A stretch of 64,000 nucleotides of DNA from NCBI GenBank assembly GCA_002082305.1, contig LSNO01000114.1, positions 3,431-67,430 of the forward strand, in the 5' to 3' direction. A program made the translations under genes and the position numbers. Positions within the stretch are counted from its first letter, which is position 1, and every line of letters starts with the position of its first letter. This DNA comes from SAR324 cluster bacterium SAR324-CTD7B (GTDB lineage: Bacteria > SAR324 > NAC60-12). The notes below the pieces were generated by a model. The model worked only from the letters and a program-made list of their open reading frames with translations. It was not told the DNA's origin and ran no database searches. Shown here in pieces: positions 38,481 through 47,462 of this stretch.

Positions 38481-38897
38481 ATGTCAGGAATGTTTGAAAA
38501 TAATCTGTTTACATTGATTCAGAAGACACTGGACTTTCGCACACAGCGACAGGATTTGCTGACTTCGAACATTGCCAACAAGGACACTCCCGGCTATAAA
38601 GCCGAGGATATGGTATTTGAGAAAAGTCTTGAAAAGGCACTGCATGCCGAAGAACCAGGTTTGCTCAAAACCACAAATTCCAGGCATTTTGATGGACGCA
38701 ACACGCCGCCGCTGAAACTGGTTCAGGCACAGCGAATTCACAGCGCTTCTCCTTTTCCTGATTTTGACGGAAACACGGTAGATTTGGATCGTGAAATGGC
38801 TAAAATGGCTGAAAACCAATTGATGTACAATGCCAGTATACGGATGCTGACTCACCAGTTCCGGATGCTCAAAACCGCAATTACAGAAGGTCGATAA
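38481..38897 (+). CDS. flgB: Flagellar basal-body rod protein FlgB
   Basis: RQDLLTSNIANKDTPGYK rod N-terminal motif; NTVDLDREMAKMAENQLMYNA C-terminal motif. Confidence 0.85.
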   Translation: MSGMFENNLFTLIQKTLDFRTQRQDLLTSNIANKDTPGYKAEDMVFEKSLEKALHAEEPGLLKTTNSRHFDGRNTPPLKLVQAQRIHSASPFPDFDGNTVDLDREMAKMAENQLMYNASIRMLTHQFRMLKTAITEGR

Positions 38898-39346
38898 TGA
38901 GTTTTCAATCCTCTCTTAATGTGAGTGTTTCCGGAATGACAGCGCAGCGCCAGCGAGTCAATACTATTTCCGAAAACATCGCTAACGCCAGTACTACACG
39001 GACTCCGCAAGGCGGGCCGTATCGTCGTCGTATAGTTACGCTTGCAGCAGTTTCCAATGACAGGACATTTGAAGAAGAACTGCGCTCACAGCAACGTTCT
39101 CTGGACACTGCTACCGAGGTAAAGGTGGTGGGAATTTCACAAGACAACAGAGCACCGATTTTACGTTATGAACCGGGACATCCGGATGCAAATGAAGAAG
39201 GATATGTGGCCATGCCTAACGTAAACATAATGGAAGAAATGGTGAGCCTGATGGAGGCTTCGCGTTCCTATGAAGCAAATACCGCTGCTTTTAACGCCAC
39301 AAAAAATATGGCACAATCAGCCCTCGATTTGGGCCGAAACGTTTAG
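38897..39346 (+). CDS. flgC: Flagellar basal-body rod protein FlgC
   Basis: SGMTAQRQRVNTISENIANASTT, GYVAMPNVNIMEEMVSLMEASRSYEANTAA. Confidence 0.9.
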   Translation: MSFQSSLNVSVSGMTAQRQRVNTISENIANASTTRTPQGGPYRRRIVTLAAVSNDRTFEEELRSQQRSLDTATEVKVVGISQDNRAPILRYEPGHPDANEEGYVAMPNVNIMEEMVSLMEASRSYEANTAAFNATKNMAQSALDLGRNV

Positions 39347-39414
39347 AGTAGATCGTCGTAGTAATAATAAATAATTGCTCAATTTGATTTATTAGATGTT
39401 AGATTAGAGGCTTT

Positions 39415-39714
39415 ATGAATATCAATTTACCATCAGTTGGACCAGCTTTACAGGGGCTGAAGACCGAAGCTGAAAGTCAAAAGCAGTCTGTTGAAAGCGG
39501 CATCAGCCGGACGTTTGAGAAACTGCTGCAGGATGTCAATCAGCAGCAACTGAACGCGGAAGCAAAACAAGTTGAGTTGCTGGTCACAGACAATAAAGAT
39601 ATTCATGGAACCATGCTTGCCCTGGAAAAAGCGGACCTCTCTATGCGCCTCATGCTGCAAATCCGCAACAAACTGGTAAGTGCATATGAAGAAGTGATGC
39701 GTATGCAGGTCTGA
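39415..39714 (+). CDS. fliE: Flagellar hook-basal body complex protein FliE
   Basis: 99 aa; position after flgC; C-terminal IHGTMLALEKADLSMRLMLQIRNKLVSAYEEVMRMQV matches the FliE C-terminal domain. Confidence 0.8.
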   Translation: MNINLPSVGPALQGLKTEAESQKQSVESGISRTFEKLLQDVNQQQLNAEAKQVELLVTDNKDIHGTMLALEKADLSMRLMLQIRNKLVSAYEEVMRMQV

Positions 39715-40078
39715 TCACTTTACTCCTGTTTTGAATTAAGGCGACACAAAACTTAATACAAAAAAGACAATCCCCTCTTCCCATAATTTCCATTTATTTC
39801 CCCCGTTTTCAATCTTAAAGAAGCACTTTAGCTCCGGAATTCAAGGGTGTTATTCAAATCTTATCTTAAAGTTAATTCGTCAGTTGACTCACGTATTAAG
39901 TCCGAGATATTAAAAGGTTAACTTTTTCTTAGCCAAGTCAAAATATTTACCTGAATCTACTCTGAGCCTGCTATTATTGTTTATTGTAAATAGAGAAAAA
40001 TCTGTTGATTGAAATACAGTTATGCTACACTCCAACGCTTAGCAGCTATTAATAATTATTTATAAAAGGGAGTTTTTG

Positions 40079-40444
40079 ATGAACTATCAATCGATCAATT
40101 TCTCAGAAAAACTGAATAAATTTTCAGATCTATGGCAACCAAGAGTGATTGCCGAAATGAACGACTATCAATTCAAATTGGTTAAAATAAAAGGAGAATT
40201 TGTCTGGCATGAGCATGACGATACAGATGAGGTATTTATAGTGCTGGAAGGAGAAATGGAGATTGAGTTTCGTGATGGAAGTGTTGAAATGAAAGCTGGA
40301 GAAATGTTTGTTATTCCAAAAAAAGTTGAACACAAACCTGTTGCTGAGGACGAGTGTAAAATTCTACTTGTTGAACCAAGAGGTGTGGTGAATACAGGTG
40401 ATTCCGGCGGCGAACTAACTGCGGAAAACGATGTCTGGATATAA
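40079..40444 (+). CDS. Cupin domain protein
   Basis: [26 protein letters not shown]...[14 protein letters not shown] cupin_2 motifs. Confidence 0.75.
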   Translation: MNYQSINFSEKLNKFSDLWQPRVIAEMNDYQFKLVKIKGEFVWHEHDDTDEVFIVLEGEMEIEFRDGSVEMKAGEMFVIPKKVEHKPVAEDECKILLVEPRGVVNTGDSGGELTAENDVWI

Positions 40445-40520
40445 ATTTGCGGGTGAATTTATGATGATAATCGCAGAATAAAATTGATGAACTCGCAAAA
40501 AGTAAAAATGACACATTTAT

Positions 40521-40600
40521 TTGTCATTCCCGCGGAAGTGGGAATCCATTATTTCAAATACTTACAAGTTTCTGGATTCCTCCTTTCGCGGGAATGACAA
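40521..40600. repeat. Inverted pair of 28-nt TTGTCATTCCCGCG..GGAATCCA repeat units (80-nt hairpin-forming element)
   Basis: 40521-40548 TTGTCATTCCCGCGGAAGTGGGAATCCA versus the reverse complement of 40573-40600, TTGTCATTCCCGCGAAAGGAGGAATCCA (25/28), with a 24-nt loop. Lies between cupin and aspS. Confidence 0.75.
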
Positions 40601-40639
40601 CTTTTTACGATTCAATCGAAATTAATTTTCTAAAATAAA

Positions 40640-42457
40640 ATGAATAAAATAATGGAGTGGACAAGAACACATTATTGTGGTGATTTGAGGATAGAGAATG
40701 TTGACCAGGAGGTCGTATTAATGGGCTGGTGTCAAACCCGGCGCGATCATGGTGGAGTGATTTTTGTGGATTTACGGGATTACACTGGTATCAGCCAAAT
40801 TGTGTTCAAAATGGAAATCAGTGAAACCTCACATGTTTTAGCAGATTCAATTCGTGGTGAGTTTGTTTTGGCTGTAAAAGGAAAGGTTGCACACCGTATA
40901 GAAGGCAACGTAAATCCAAAATTGCCGACTGGCGAAATTGAGATTTTGGTGGAGACTTTGGAGATTCTCAACAAATCGGAAACACCACCCTATGTCCTGG
41001 AAAATCGTGAAAATGTGGATGAAAAATTAAGGCTCACTTACAGATTTCTTGATTTGCGTGATTCCACTTTGCAGAATAATTTAATGCTGCGTTCGCAGTC
41101 CTTGCAAATTGTCCGGAATTACTTCACAAGTCAGCGCTTTTTTGAGATTGAAACTCCGATACTGACAAAATCTACTCCGGAAGGCGCACGTGATTATCTG
41201 GTGCCTTCAAGAGTCAATCCCGGACTTTTTTTCGCATTGCCGCAATCACCGCAACTTTTCAAGCAGTTACTGATGATCAGCGGTTATGACCGCTACATGC
41301 AGCTTGCCCGTTGTTTTCGTGACGAGGATTTGCGTGGAAACCGTCAACCGGAATTCACCCAAATTGATTTGGAATTGAGTTTTACTGAACCGGAAGAGAT
41401 ATATAAGCTGACAGAAGGTTTGATGGTTAAGCTGTTTGAAGAAACCATAAGTGTAAAAGTCGAAACGCCTTTCCAGCGCATGACGTATCAGGAGTCGATG
41501 GAAAACTATGGTTCCGATGCTCCGGATATCCGTTTTGATTTAAAGCTCAAAGATATTTCTGACATTGCCTCTGAATGTGAATTGCGTGTTTTCAAACAGG
41601 TGGTGGACAAGGGCGGGATTGTAAAAGCTATTTGTGTTCCTGGCGGAGCAGATTTTTCGCGCAAAGATCTCGATGACCTGACAGAATTCGCTCAAATTTA
41701 TGGAGCAAAAGGTATGGCTTGGATCAAACGCAACCAGGACGGTTGGCAGTCGCCTATCGGTAAGTTTTTCACTTCCGAACAAAAAGAGGCATTGGAAGAG
41801 AGAGTCGGTTTGAATGTAGGAGATCTAGTGTTGTTCTGTGCCGACAACACAAAAGTTGTTCATGATGCACTCGGTAATTTGCGAAAAGAAATTGCGCTAC
41901 GTCGAGGCTTGATAAACAACAGCGAATATCGTTTTGTCTGGGTTACAGATTTTCCTCTCTTTGAGTATAGTGAAACTGAAAAAAGTTTTACCTCCAGCCA
42001 CCACCCTTTCACCATGCCGGATATAGATGATTTGGAAAAATACGGAGAGCAGGATCCTGAAAAAATCCGCTCAAGGGCCTATGATGTGGTATTGAACGGA
42101 GTTGAAATTGGTGGTGGAAGTATTCGGATTCATCGTGAGGATATTCAAAAAAAAGTATTCCGTTTGCTGAAATTAACTGATGAAGAAATTGAAAGTAAAT
42201 TCGGTTTCCTGATGAAAGCACTTTCTTATGGTGCTCCGCCCCATGGTGGTATTGCTCTTGGGTTTGATCGCATGATGATGTTTTTGCTAAAAACAGATTC
42301 GATACGTGACGTGATTGCATTTCCTAAAACTCAAAAAGCCGGCTGCTTAATGACTGATGCACCCTCTGCAGTTGAAACAGAGCAACTTGATGAACTGCAT
42401 ATCAGGGTCAAGGCTTCGGCTCAGCAAACTGAGAAGTTAGAACTTGCTGATAAATAA
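40640..42457 (+). CDS. aspS: Aspartate--tRNA ligase
   Basis: 605 aa: GWCQTRRDHGGVIFVDLRD, FRDEDLRGNRQPEFTQID, GGGSIRIH, GAPPHGGIALGFDR class II motifs. Confidence 0.95.
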   Translation: MNKIMEWTRTHYCGDLRIENVDQEVVLMGWCQTRRDHGGVIFVDLRDYTGISQIVFKMEISETSHVLADSIRGEFVLAVKGKVAHRIEGNVNPKLPTGEIEILVETLEILNKSETPPYVLENRENVDEKLRLTYRFLDLRDSTLQNNLMLRSQSLQIVRNYFTSQRFFEIETPILTKSTPEGARDYLVPSRVNPGLFFALPQSPQLFKQLLMISGYDRYMQLARCFRDEDLRGNRQPEFTQIDLELSFTEPEEIYKLTEGLMVKLFEETISVKVETPFQRMTYQESMENYGSDAPDIRFDLKLKDISDIASECELRVFKQVVDKGGIVKAICVPGGADFSRKDLDDLTEFAQIYGAKGMAWIKRNQDGWQSPIGKFFTSEQKEALEERVGLNVGDLVLFCADNTKVVHDALGNLRKEIALRRGLINNSEYRFVWVTDFPLFEYSETEKSFTSSHHPFTMPDIDDLEKYGEQDPEKIRSRAYDVVLNGVEIGGGSIRIHREDIQKKVFRLLKLTDEEIESKFGFLMKALSYGAPPHGGIALGFDRMMMFLLKTDSIRDVIAFPKTQKAGCLMTDAPSAVETEQLDELHIRVKASAQQTEKLELADK

Positions 42458-42477
42458 TATTTTTCAATTCCGATTCA

Positions 42478-42518
42478 TTGTCATTCCGTGAGAAGCGGAG
42501 CGAAGACCAGGAATCCAG
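42478..42518 (+). repeat. Copy of the TTGTCATTC...GGAATCCAG repeat family (41 nt)
   Basis: TTGTCATTCCGTGAGAAGCGGAGCGAAGACCAGGAATCCAG, 21 nt after the aspS stop. Confidence 0.7.
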
Positions 42519-42615
42519 ATTAGATACTTTAAATACTGTGATCAATCTGATCATTGATTTGGATCCCGAATCAAAACAGGGGTGACAAAAAACACTTTTT
42601 AAGTGAACCATAGTT

Positions 42616-43680
42616 ATGTCCAAAAAACTAACAATCGGCCTGATTTGTGGAGGTACCAGTGGTGAACATGAAGTATCATTAATTTCGGCCTATAACATTC
42701 AAGCTGCTCTTGACCGGGACAAATATGATGTACTCTTAATTGGAATCGATAAAAGTGGTGCCTGGTTTTTGGGAAAAACTCCGGAATTTTTGGACAATGT
42801 CGATGATGTTCGTCAAGTTAAGTTCAGAAAAAATTTACCGATCCTCCTTCCTCAAACCGGAAACTCCGCTGGCGAAAACCTGGCATCAACAGAACAGTCC
42901 GGAAACGAGCTAGCTAATGTTGATGTGTTTTTTCCAATCACTCACGGAAAACTTGGTGAAGACGGTGCATTGCAGGGCTTTCTGGAATTGCTTGGTAAAC
43001 CGTATGTTGGTGCGGATGTTTATGGTTCAGCAATTTGCATGGACAAGGATGTGTCAAAACGGTTGCTGTTGCAGCGTGGAATCCCTGTTGCGCGCTACAA
43101 ACTTATTCGGAATCCGGATGAATTGTCTTTTGCAGATGCAGTGGAGGAACTGGGTGAGCCACTATTTGTAAAACCTTGCCGGGAAGGCTCTTCGCTGGGC
43201 GTTTCCAAGGTCCGGACCGTAAAGGAATATACGCAGGCTATAGAGATGGCTTTTGCAGCAGACCGCAAGGTTATGGTTGAAGAAGCAATTTACGGACGAG
43301 AAATTGAATGCTCTGTGTTGGGCAACGATTCTCCGGAAGCTGCAGCGGTGTTAGGTGAAATTGTTCCGCTACGTGAGTTCTATTCTTATGAAGCAAAGTA
43401 TGTGGATGAAGATGGTGCGGAGTTAATCATTCCTGTGGAAATTGATCCGGACGTTTCCATGCAAATCCGGAAGGTTGCAGTGGAGGCATTTCTGCTCACT
43501 GAATGCCGCAGCATGGCCAGAGTTGATTTCTTTCTTCGTGAAGACAAAACCTTCATCCTTAACGAAATCAATACCCTGCCCGGATTCACTAATATCAGCA
43601 TGTACCCGAAACTTTGGGATGCATCCGGATTAGCTTACCCCGAACTGTTGGACAGGCTGATTGAACTTGCATTGGAATAA
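42616..43680 (+). CDS. ddl: D-alanine--D-alanine ligase
   Basis: GLICGGTSGEHEVSLISA, HGKLGEDGALQG, FVKPCREGSSLGV, EINTLPGFT. Confidence 0.9.
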   Translation: MSKKLTIGLICGGTSGEHEVSLISAYNIQAALDRDKYDVLLIGIDKSGAWFLGKTPEFLDNVDDVRQVKFRKNLPILLPQTGNSAGENLASTEQSGNELANVDVFFPITHGKLGEDGALQGFLELLGKPYVGADVYGSAICMDKDVSKRLLLQRGIPVARYKLIRNPDELSFADAVEELGEPLFVKPCREGSSLGVSKVRTVKEYTQAIEMAFAADRKVMVEEAIYGREIECSVLGNDSPEAAAVLGEIVPLREFYSYEAKYVDEDGAELIIPVEIDPDVSMQIRKVAVEAFLLTECRSMARVDFFLREDKTFILNEINTLPGFTNISMYPKLWDASGLAYPELLDRLIELALE

Positions 43681-43734
43681 ACAGTAAAAAGCAGTTCAGA
43701 ATGCAGTTATTTTGCTTCATCCCATAAAAGTCTG

Positions 43735-44211
43735 ATGCGCCTTCACAAAAATCCACCTCTTAATATTGTTCTCTACGAACCTCAAATTCCGCCCAACACA
43801 GGCAATATTGCGCGGCTGTGCGCAGCCACAAAATGTCATTTGATTTTACTGGGAAAACTGGGGTTTGATTTAAGCGACAAACAACTCAAACGTGCCGGTT
43901 TAGATTATTGGCAATGGGTGAGCTGGGACCATTTTCCTGATGCAGAAGATTTTTTTTCAACACTTGTTCCGGAAAACTTTCATTTCCTTTCTGTCCATAA
44001 TGAGCGGCCCTACACAAAAATTCGACCACAGGAAGGCGATTACTTGTTTTTTGGTAAAGAAACTTCCGGCCTGCCGGATGAATGGATGGAACGTTTCCCT
44101 GAGCGCTGTTTTACTCTACCAATGTGGGAAAAAGGGGTGCGAAGTTTAAATCTTGGCTCATCGGTGGCGGTAGTGGTTTATGATGGATTAAGACAGTTAG
44201 GGAAATTCTAA
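43735..44211 (+). CDS. trmL: tRNA (cytidine/uridine-34 2'-O)-methyltransferase TrmL (SpoU/TrmH family)
   Basis: IVLYEPQIPPNTGNIARLCAA, FGKETSGLP, SLNLGSSVAVVVYD. Confidence 0.85.
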   Translation: MRLHKNPPLNIVLYEPQIPPNTGNIARLCAATKCHLILLGKLGFDLSDKQLKRAGLDYWQWVSWDHFPDAEDFFSTLVPENFHFLSVHNERPYTKIRPQEGDYLFFGKETSGLPDEWMERFPERCFTLPMWEKGVRSLNLGSSVAVVVYDGLRQLGKF

Positions 44212-44490
44212 TAAAATATTTGTCACTCCTTGTTTGACTTATTCAGAAGTATTTTTTTTCCTTCAGGTTGGACAAATTTCACTCATTCAATCACAATTCT
44301 GTTAGGATGGTGTATTAATAGATTAACCCAATAATGATATCTTTGTAAAAAGTCCTAAAACCGTTTCATTTCGAGCTAAACTAGAAATCTGGCATAGACT
44401 ATGTTACTAATATCATTAATGTTTTACCTAAGTAGAAATGTCTGTGTGGATTTCAGACTTTTGCGAAACTATCAAAACTAACTGAGTGAT

Positions 44491-45531
44491 ATGAAAGAGC
44501 AATACGGCGTAATGGTCTGTGGACACGGAAGTCGAGATACAGGAGCAGTTGAAGAATTTCAAGCGGTCGCGCAGGGACTTAAAGAACGACTGCCGCAATA
44601 TGAAACGGATTGGGGATTTTTGGAATTTGCAACTCCAGTGATTCGTACAGGTTTGGATGCGTTGAGGGCCAAAGGTATTCGCAAGGTCCTGGCGGTTCCC
44701 GGAATGCTGTTTGCGGCAGGTCACGCAAAAAACGATATACCTTCCGTATTAAACGCCTACCAAGCACAAAATCCGGAATTGGAAATTTCGTATGCGAGGG
44801 AATTGGGAATCGATCTCAAACTGATTCGTGCAGCCGGTGAACGTGTTGAAGATGCTTTGCAGAAAGCCGGAGACGGGGTTTCCCGTGAGGATACTTTGCT
44901 CGTAGTTGTTGGACGTGGGGCATCTGATCCGGACGCAAATTCTAATGTGGCAAAAGTGACCCGGATGCTTTGGGAAGGACTTGGACTTGGATGGGCGGAA
45001 ACGGCTTATTCCGGAGTGACTTTCCCCTTGGTGGAGCCGGGACTGGAACACGCGACCCGTTTGGGTTACAAACGGATAGTAGTTTTCCCGTATTTTTTGT
45101 TTACCGGAATTCTCGTTCAACGCATTTACCATTACACTGACATTGTGGCAGCCAAACATCCGGAAATAGAATTCATCAAAGCTTCTTATCTTAACGATCA
45201 TCCGCTGGTTTTGGACACATTTGCGGAGCGGGTTGAAGAAATCAGAAATGGTGAAAACAACATGAACTGCCAGCTTTGCAAATACCGTGAGCAGTTTTTG
45301 GGTTTTGAAAATGAAGTTGGTCTGCGCCAGGAAAGTCATCATCACCACGTTGAAGGAGTTGGAACAGGGACGGACGAAAGCTCAGATGCGGTCGAGGATG
45401 CACATTCTCATGTTCACGAACATTCACACGATCATAACCACAACCATGGACACCATCCATACCCACATGCAGATCATCCTTTGGGTCCTGTAACTTTGGA
45501 AGAAAAATCTGGAAAGTCTGGTGCCGAATGA
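44491..45531 (+). CDS. cbiX: Sirohydrochlorin cobaltochelatase, long form CbiX(L) with MxCxxC motif and His-rich tail
   Basis: Two CbiX half-domains (VCGHGSRD...; VVGRGASDPDAN...VFPYFLFTG), MNCQLC motif at 45262-45279, and 16 His in 47 residues (45337-45477). Confidence 0.85.
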   Translation: MKEQYGVMVCGHGSRDTGAVEEFQAVAQGLKERLPQYETDWGFLEFATPVIRTGLDALRAKGIRKVLAVPGMLFAAGHAKNDIPSVLNAYQAQNPELEISYARELGIDLKLIRAAGERVEDALQKAGDGVSREDTLLVVVGRGASDPDANSNVAKVTRMLWEGLGLGWAETAYSGVTFPLVEPGLEHATRLGYKRIVVFPYFLFTGILVQRIYHYTDIVAAKHPEIEFIKASYLNDHPLVLDTFAERVEEIRNGENNMNCQLCKYREQFLGFENEVGLRQESHHHHVEGVGTGTDESSDAVEDAHSHVHEHSHDHNHNHGHHPYPHADHPLGPVTLEEKSGKSGAE

Positions 45532-46193
45532 CAGGGGATTATCTTCGAGATCCGAAAGAAATTTATCGTCAATCATTTGCAACAATCCTCAAGGAAGCGG
45601 ATTTATCAAAACTACCGGAAGATATTGCTGACCTCACAGTACGTTTAATTCATGCCTGCGGAATGCCGGATATTGTGGAGGATCTGGTTTTTACTCCGGA
45701 CGCCGCACAAGCAGGATATGCCGCACTGCTTAAAGGCGCTCCTGTTTTGTGCGATTCCAGGATGGTGGCAGAAGGAATTATTCGTTCGCGTCTGTCTGCA
45801 AATAACGAAGTCAAATGTTGGAATAACCATCCGGAATGTGCTCCACTTGCAGACAAAATGGAAACAACACTCTCAGCGGCAGCAGTGGAATTTTGGAGGC
45901 CACAACTTGCCGGTGCAGTTGTAGCCGTAGGCAATGCACCAACAACTCTGTTTCGGTTGCTGGAAATACTAGCAGAAGGAGTAGAACCTCCAGCTGTTAT
46001 TTTTGGATTCCCCGTTGGTTTTATCGGTGCTGCGGAATCAAAAGAATTGCTCGTAAAACAATGCGGGGGAGCCGTGCCTTTTTTGACACTATCCGGACGA
46101 CGCGGCGGCAGCGCAATGGCAGCGGCGGCGGTTAATGCTTTAGCAAAGAAAGCTGAAATATCAGTGGCTAATAACATTAATATTCAGAGTTAA
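45528..46193 (+). CDS. cobH: Precorrin-8X methylmutase
   Basis: 221 aa: RLIHACGMPD, VAVGNAPTTLFRLLE, GFPVGFIGAAESK. ATGA overlap with cbiX. Confidence 0.9.
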   Translation: MTGDYLRDPKEIYRQSFATILKEADLSKLPEDIADLTVRLIHACGMPDIVEDLVFTPDAAQAGYAALLKGAPVLCDSRMVAEGIIRSRLSANNEVKCWNNHPECAPLADKMETTLSAAAVEFWRPQLAGAVVAVGNAPTTLFRLLEILAEGVEPPAVIFGFPVGFIGAAESKELLVKQCGGAVPFLTLSGRRGGSAMAAAAVNALAKKAEISVANNINIQS

Positions 46194-46194
46194 A

Positions 46195-47454
46195 ATGCCT
46201 GATATTTCAAAAAAATGGCTGTGTGTAATTGGAATTGGTGAAGACGGCTGGGACAATTTATCTGCCGATGCACGTGACTTGCTCTATGAATCGGAAATCG
46301 TGCTTGGCGGAGAGCGTCATCTGAAGATGCTTCCGAAAGACTGGGAAGGAGAACGTATCGTTTGGTCTTCACCGATACGCGAGGCAGTTTCAAAAATCGT
46401 CAGTTGGCGACCAGAGGACTCTGCAAGCGCTCAAAAAGTAGCGATCATAGCTAGTGGGGACCCGTTGTGTTATGGAATTGCAGCCAAATTGTTGCGGCAT
46501 TTACCGATTGAAGAAATCTGGATCAAGCCTGCGTTGACCACTTTTTCGCTGATGTGTTCACGAATTGGTTGGTCACTTCCGGATGTTGAAACACTGACGA
46601 TTCACGGACGTCCGGTGGAAATGCTGCATCCGTTCGTACAGCCGGGTGCAAAATTACTTATCCTCAGTAAGGGTGAAGAAAGTCCGAAACAAGCCGCTGA
46701 ACTGCTTAGCGCACGAGGTTTTGGCAAAAGTAAAATTACAGTTTTGGAGCATTTAGGAGGAACGAAGGAGAGGCAATTTTCAGGACAAGCTGACTCATGG
46801 AATCATCCGGAAGGTGCTGCACTGAACGCCATGGCCATCGAATGCATTCCTGAAAATAACGCAAATGTCCTCAGTAGAAATCCGGGACTTCCGGACGAAA
46901 TATTTTTACACGACGGTCAACTGACAAAGCGCGAAATTAGGGCGGTCGCTTTATCTAAATTGATGCCGGTTGTTGATCATCTTTTGTGGGACGTTGGGGC
47001 AGGTTGTGGCTCGGTGTCCATTGAATGGATGCGAACCAATCCGCGCTGTCGAGCAGTTGCTATTGAAAAATCGAAGTCTCGTTTGAAACTGATTGAACAA
47101 AACTCTCAAGAGTTGGGCGTGCCAATGCTGCAGATAATTTCCGGAAGTGCACCGGAAGTTTTGGCGGATTTACCGGCGCCGGACGCGGTTTTCATTGGCG
47201 GAGGTCTTTCCTCTGGGAATTTGCTGCAGACCTGCTGGAATGCCCTCAAACCCGGAGGTCGCTTAGTCGCCAATGCGGTTACGCTTGAAGGCGAACAAAA
47301 ATTGTTGCAGTGGCAAAATGAAAATGCCGGAAAGTCCGGTGCTAGTGGTGATTTAACACGACTTAGTATTTCTCGTGCTGAAAAAATTGGAAAATTCCAG
47401 GGCTGGAAAGAGATGCGTTCTGTGATTCAACTTGCTGTTATTAAAGGTTATTAA
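46195..47454 (+). CDS. cobL: Precorrin-6Y C5,15-methyltransferase (decarboxylating), fused CbiE+CbiT
   Basis: N-terminal tetrapyrrole methylase domain (IGIGEDG...ASGDPLCYG) plus C-terminal SAM-MTase (LWDVGAGCGSVSIE). Confidence 0.9.
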   Translation: MPDISKKWLCVIGIGEDGWDNLSADARDLLYESEIVLGGERHLKMLPKDWEGERIVWSSPIREAVSKIVSWRPEDSASAQKVAIIASGDPLCYGIAAKLLRHLPIEEIWIKPALTTFSLMCSRIGWSLPDVETLTIHGRPVEMLHPFVQPGAKLLILSKGEESPKQAAELLSARGFGKSKITVLEHLGGTKERQFSGQADSWNHPEGAALNAMAIECIPENNANVLSRNPGLPDEIFLHDGQLTKREIRAVALSKLMPVVDHLLWDVGAGCGSVSIEWMRTNPRCRAVAIEKSKSRLKLIEQNSQELGVPMLQIISGSAPEVLADLPAPDAVFIGGGLSSGNLLQTCWNALKPGGRLVANAVTLEGEQKLLQWQNENAGKSGASGDLTRLSISRAEKIGKFQGWKEMRSVIQLAVIKGY

Positions 47455-47462
47455 TTTAAATC

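Noticed and set aside
39715-40075. Possible degraded fliF or other gene remnant after fliE
   Set aside because: I could find no frame with an extended open stretch or recognisable FliF-like peptide. The region is AT-rich with frequent stops in all frames.
44212-44490. Expected cobalamin riboswitch upstream of cbiX (also checked 55911-56028 and 51333-51443)
   Set aside because: The leaders are AT-rich and I could not find a B12-box-like core or the GC-rich paired regions. This needs a covariance-model scan to be definitive.
45650-46177. 175-aa antisense ORF inside cobH (also 17858-18586 opposite iorA/iorB, 20722-21333 opposite traB, 30104-30757 opposite the ABC ATPase and flavin reductase genes)
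   Set aside because: These are shadow ORFs opposite genes with strong motif support. Their composition is low-complexity or Cys/Arg/Ser-rich, typical of antisense frames.
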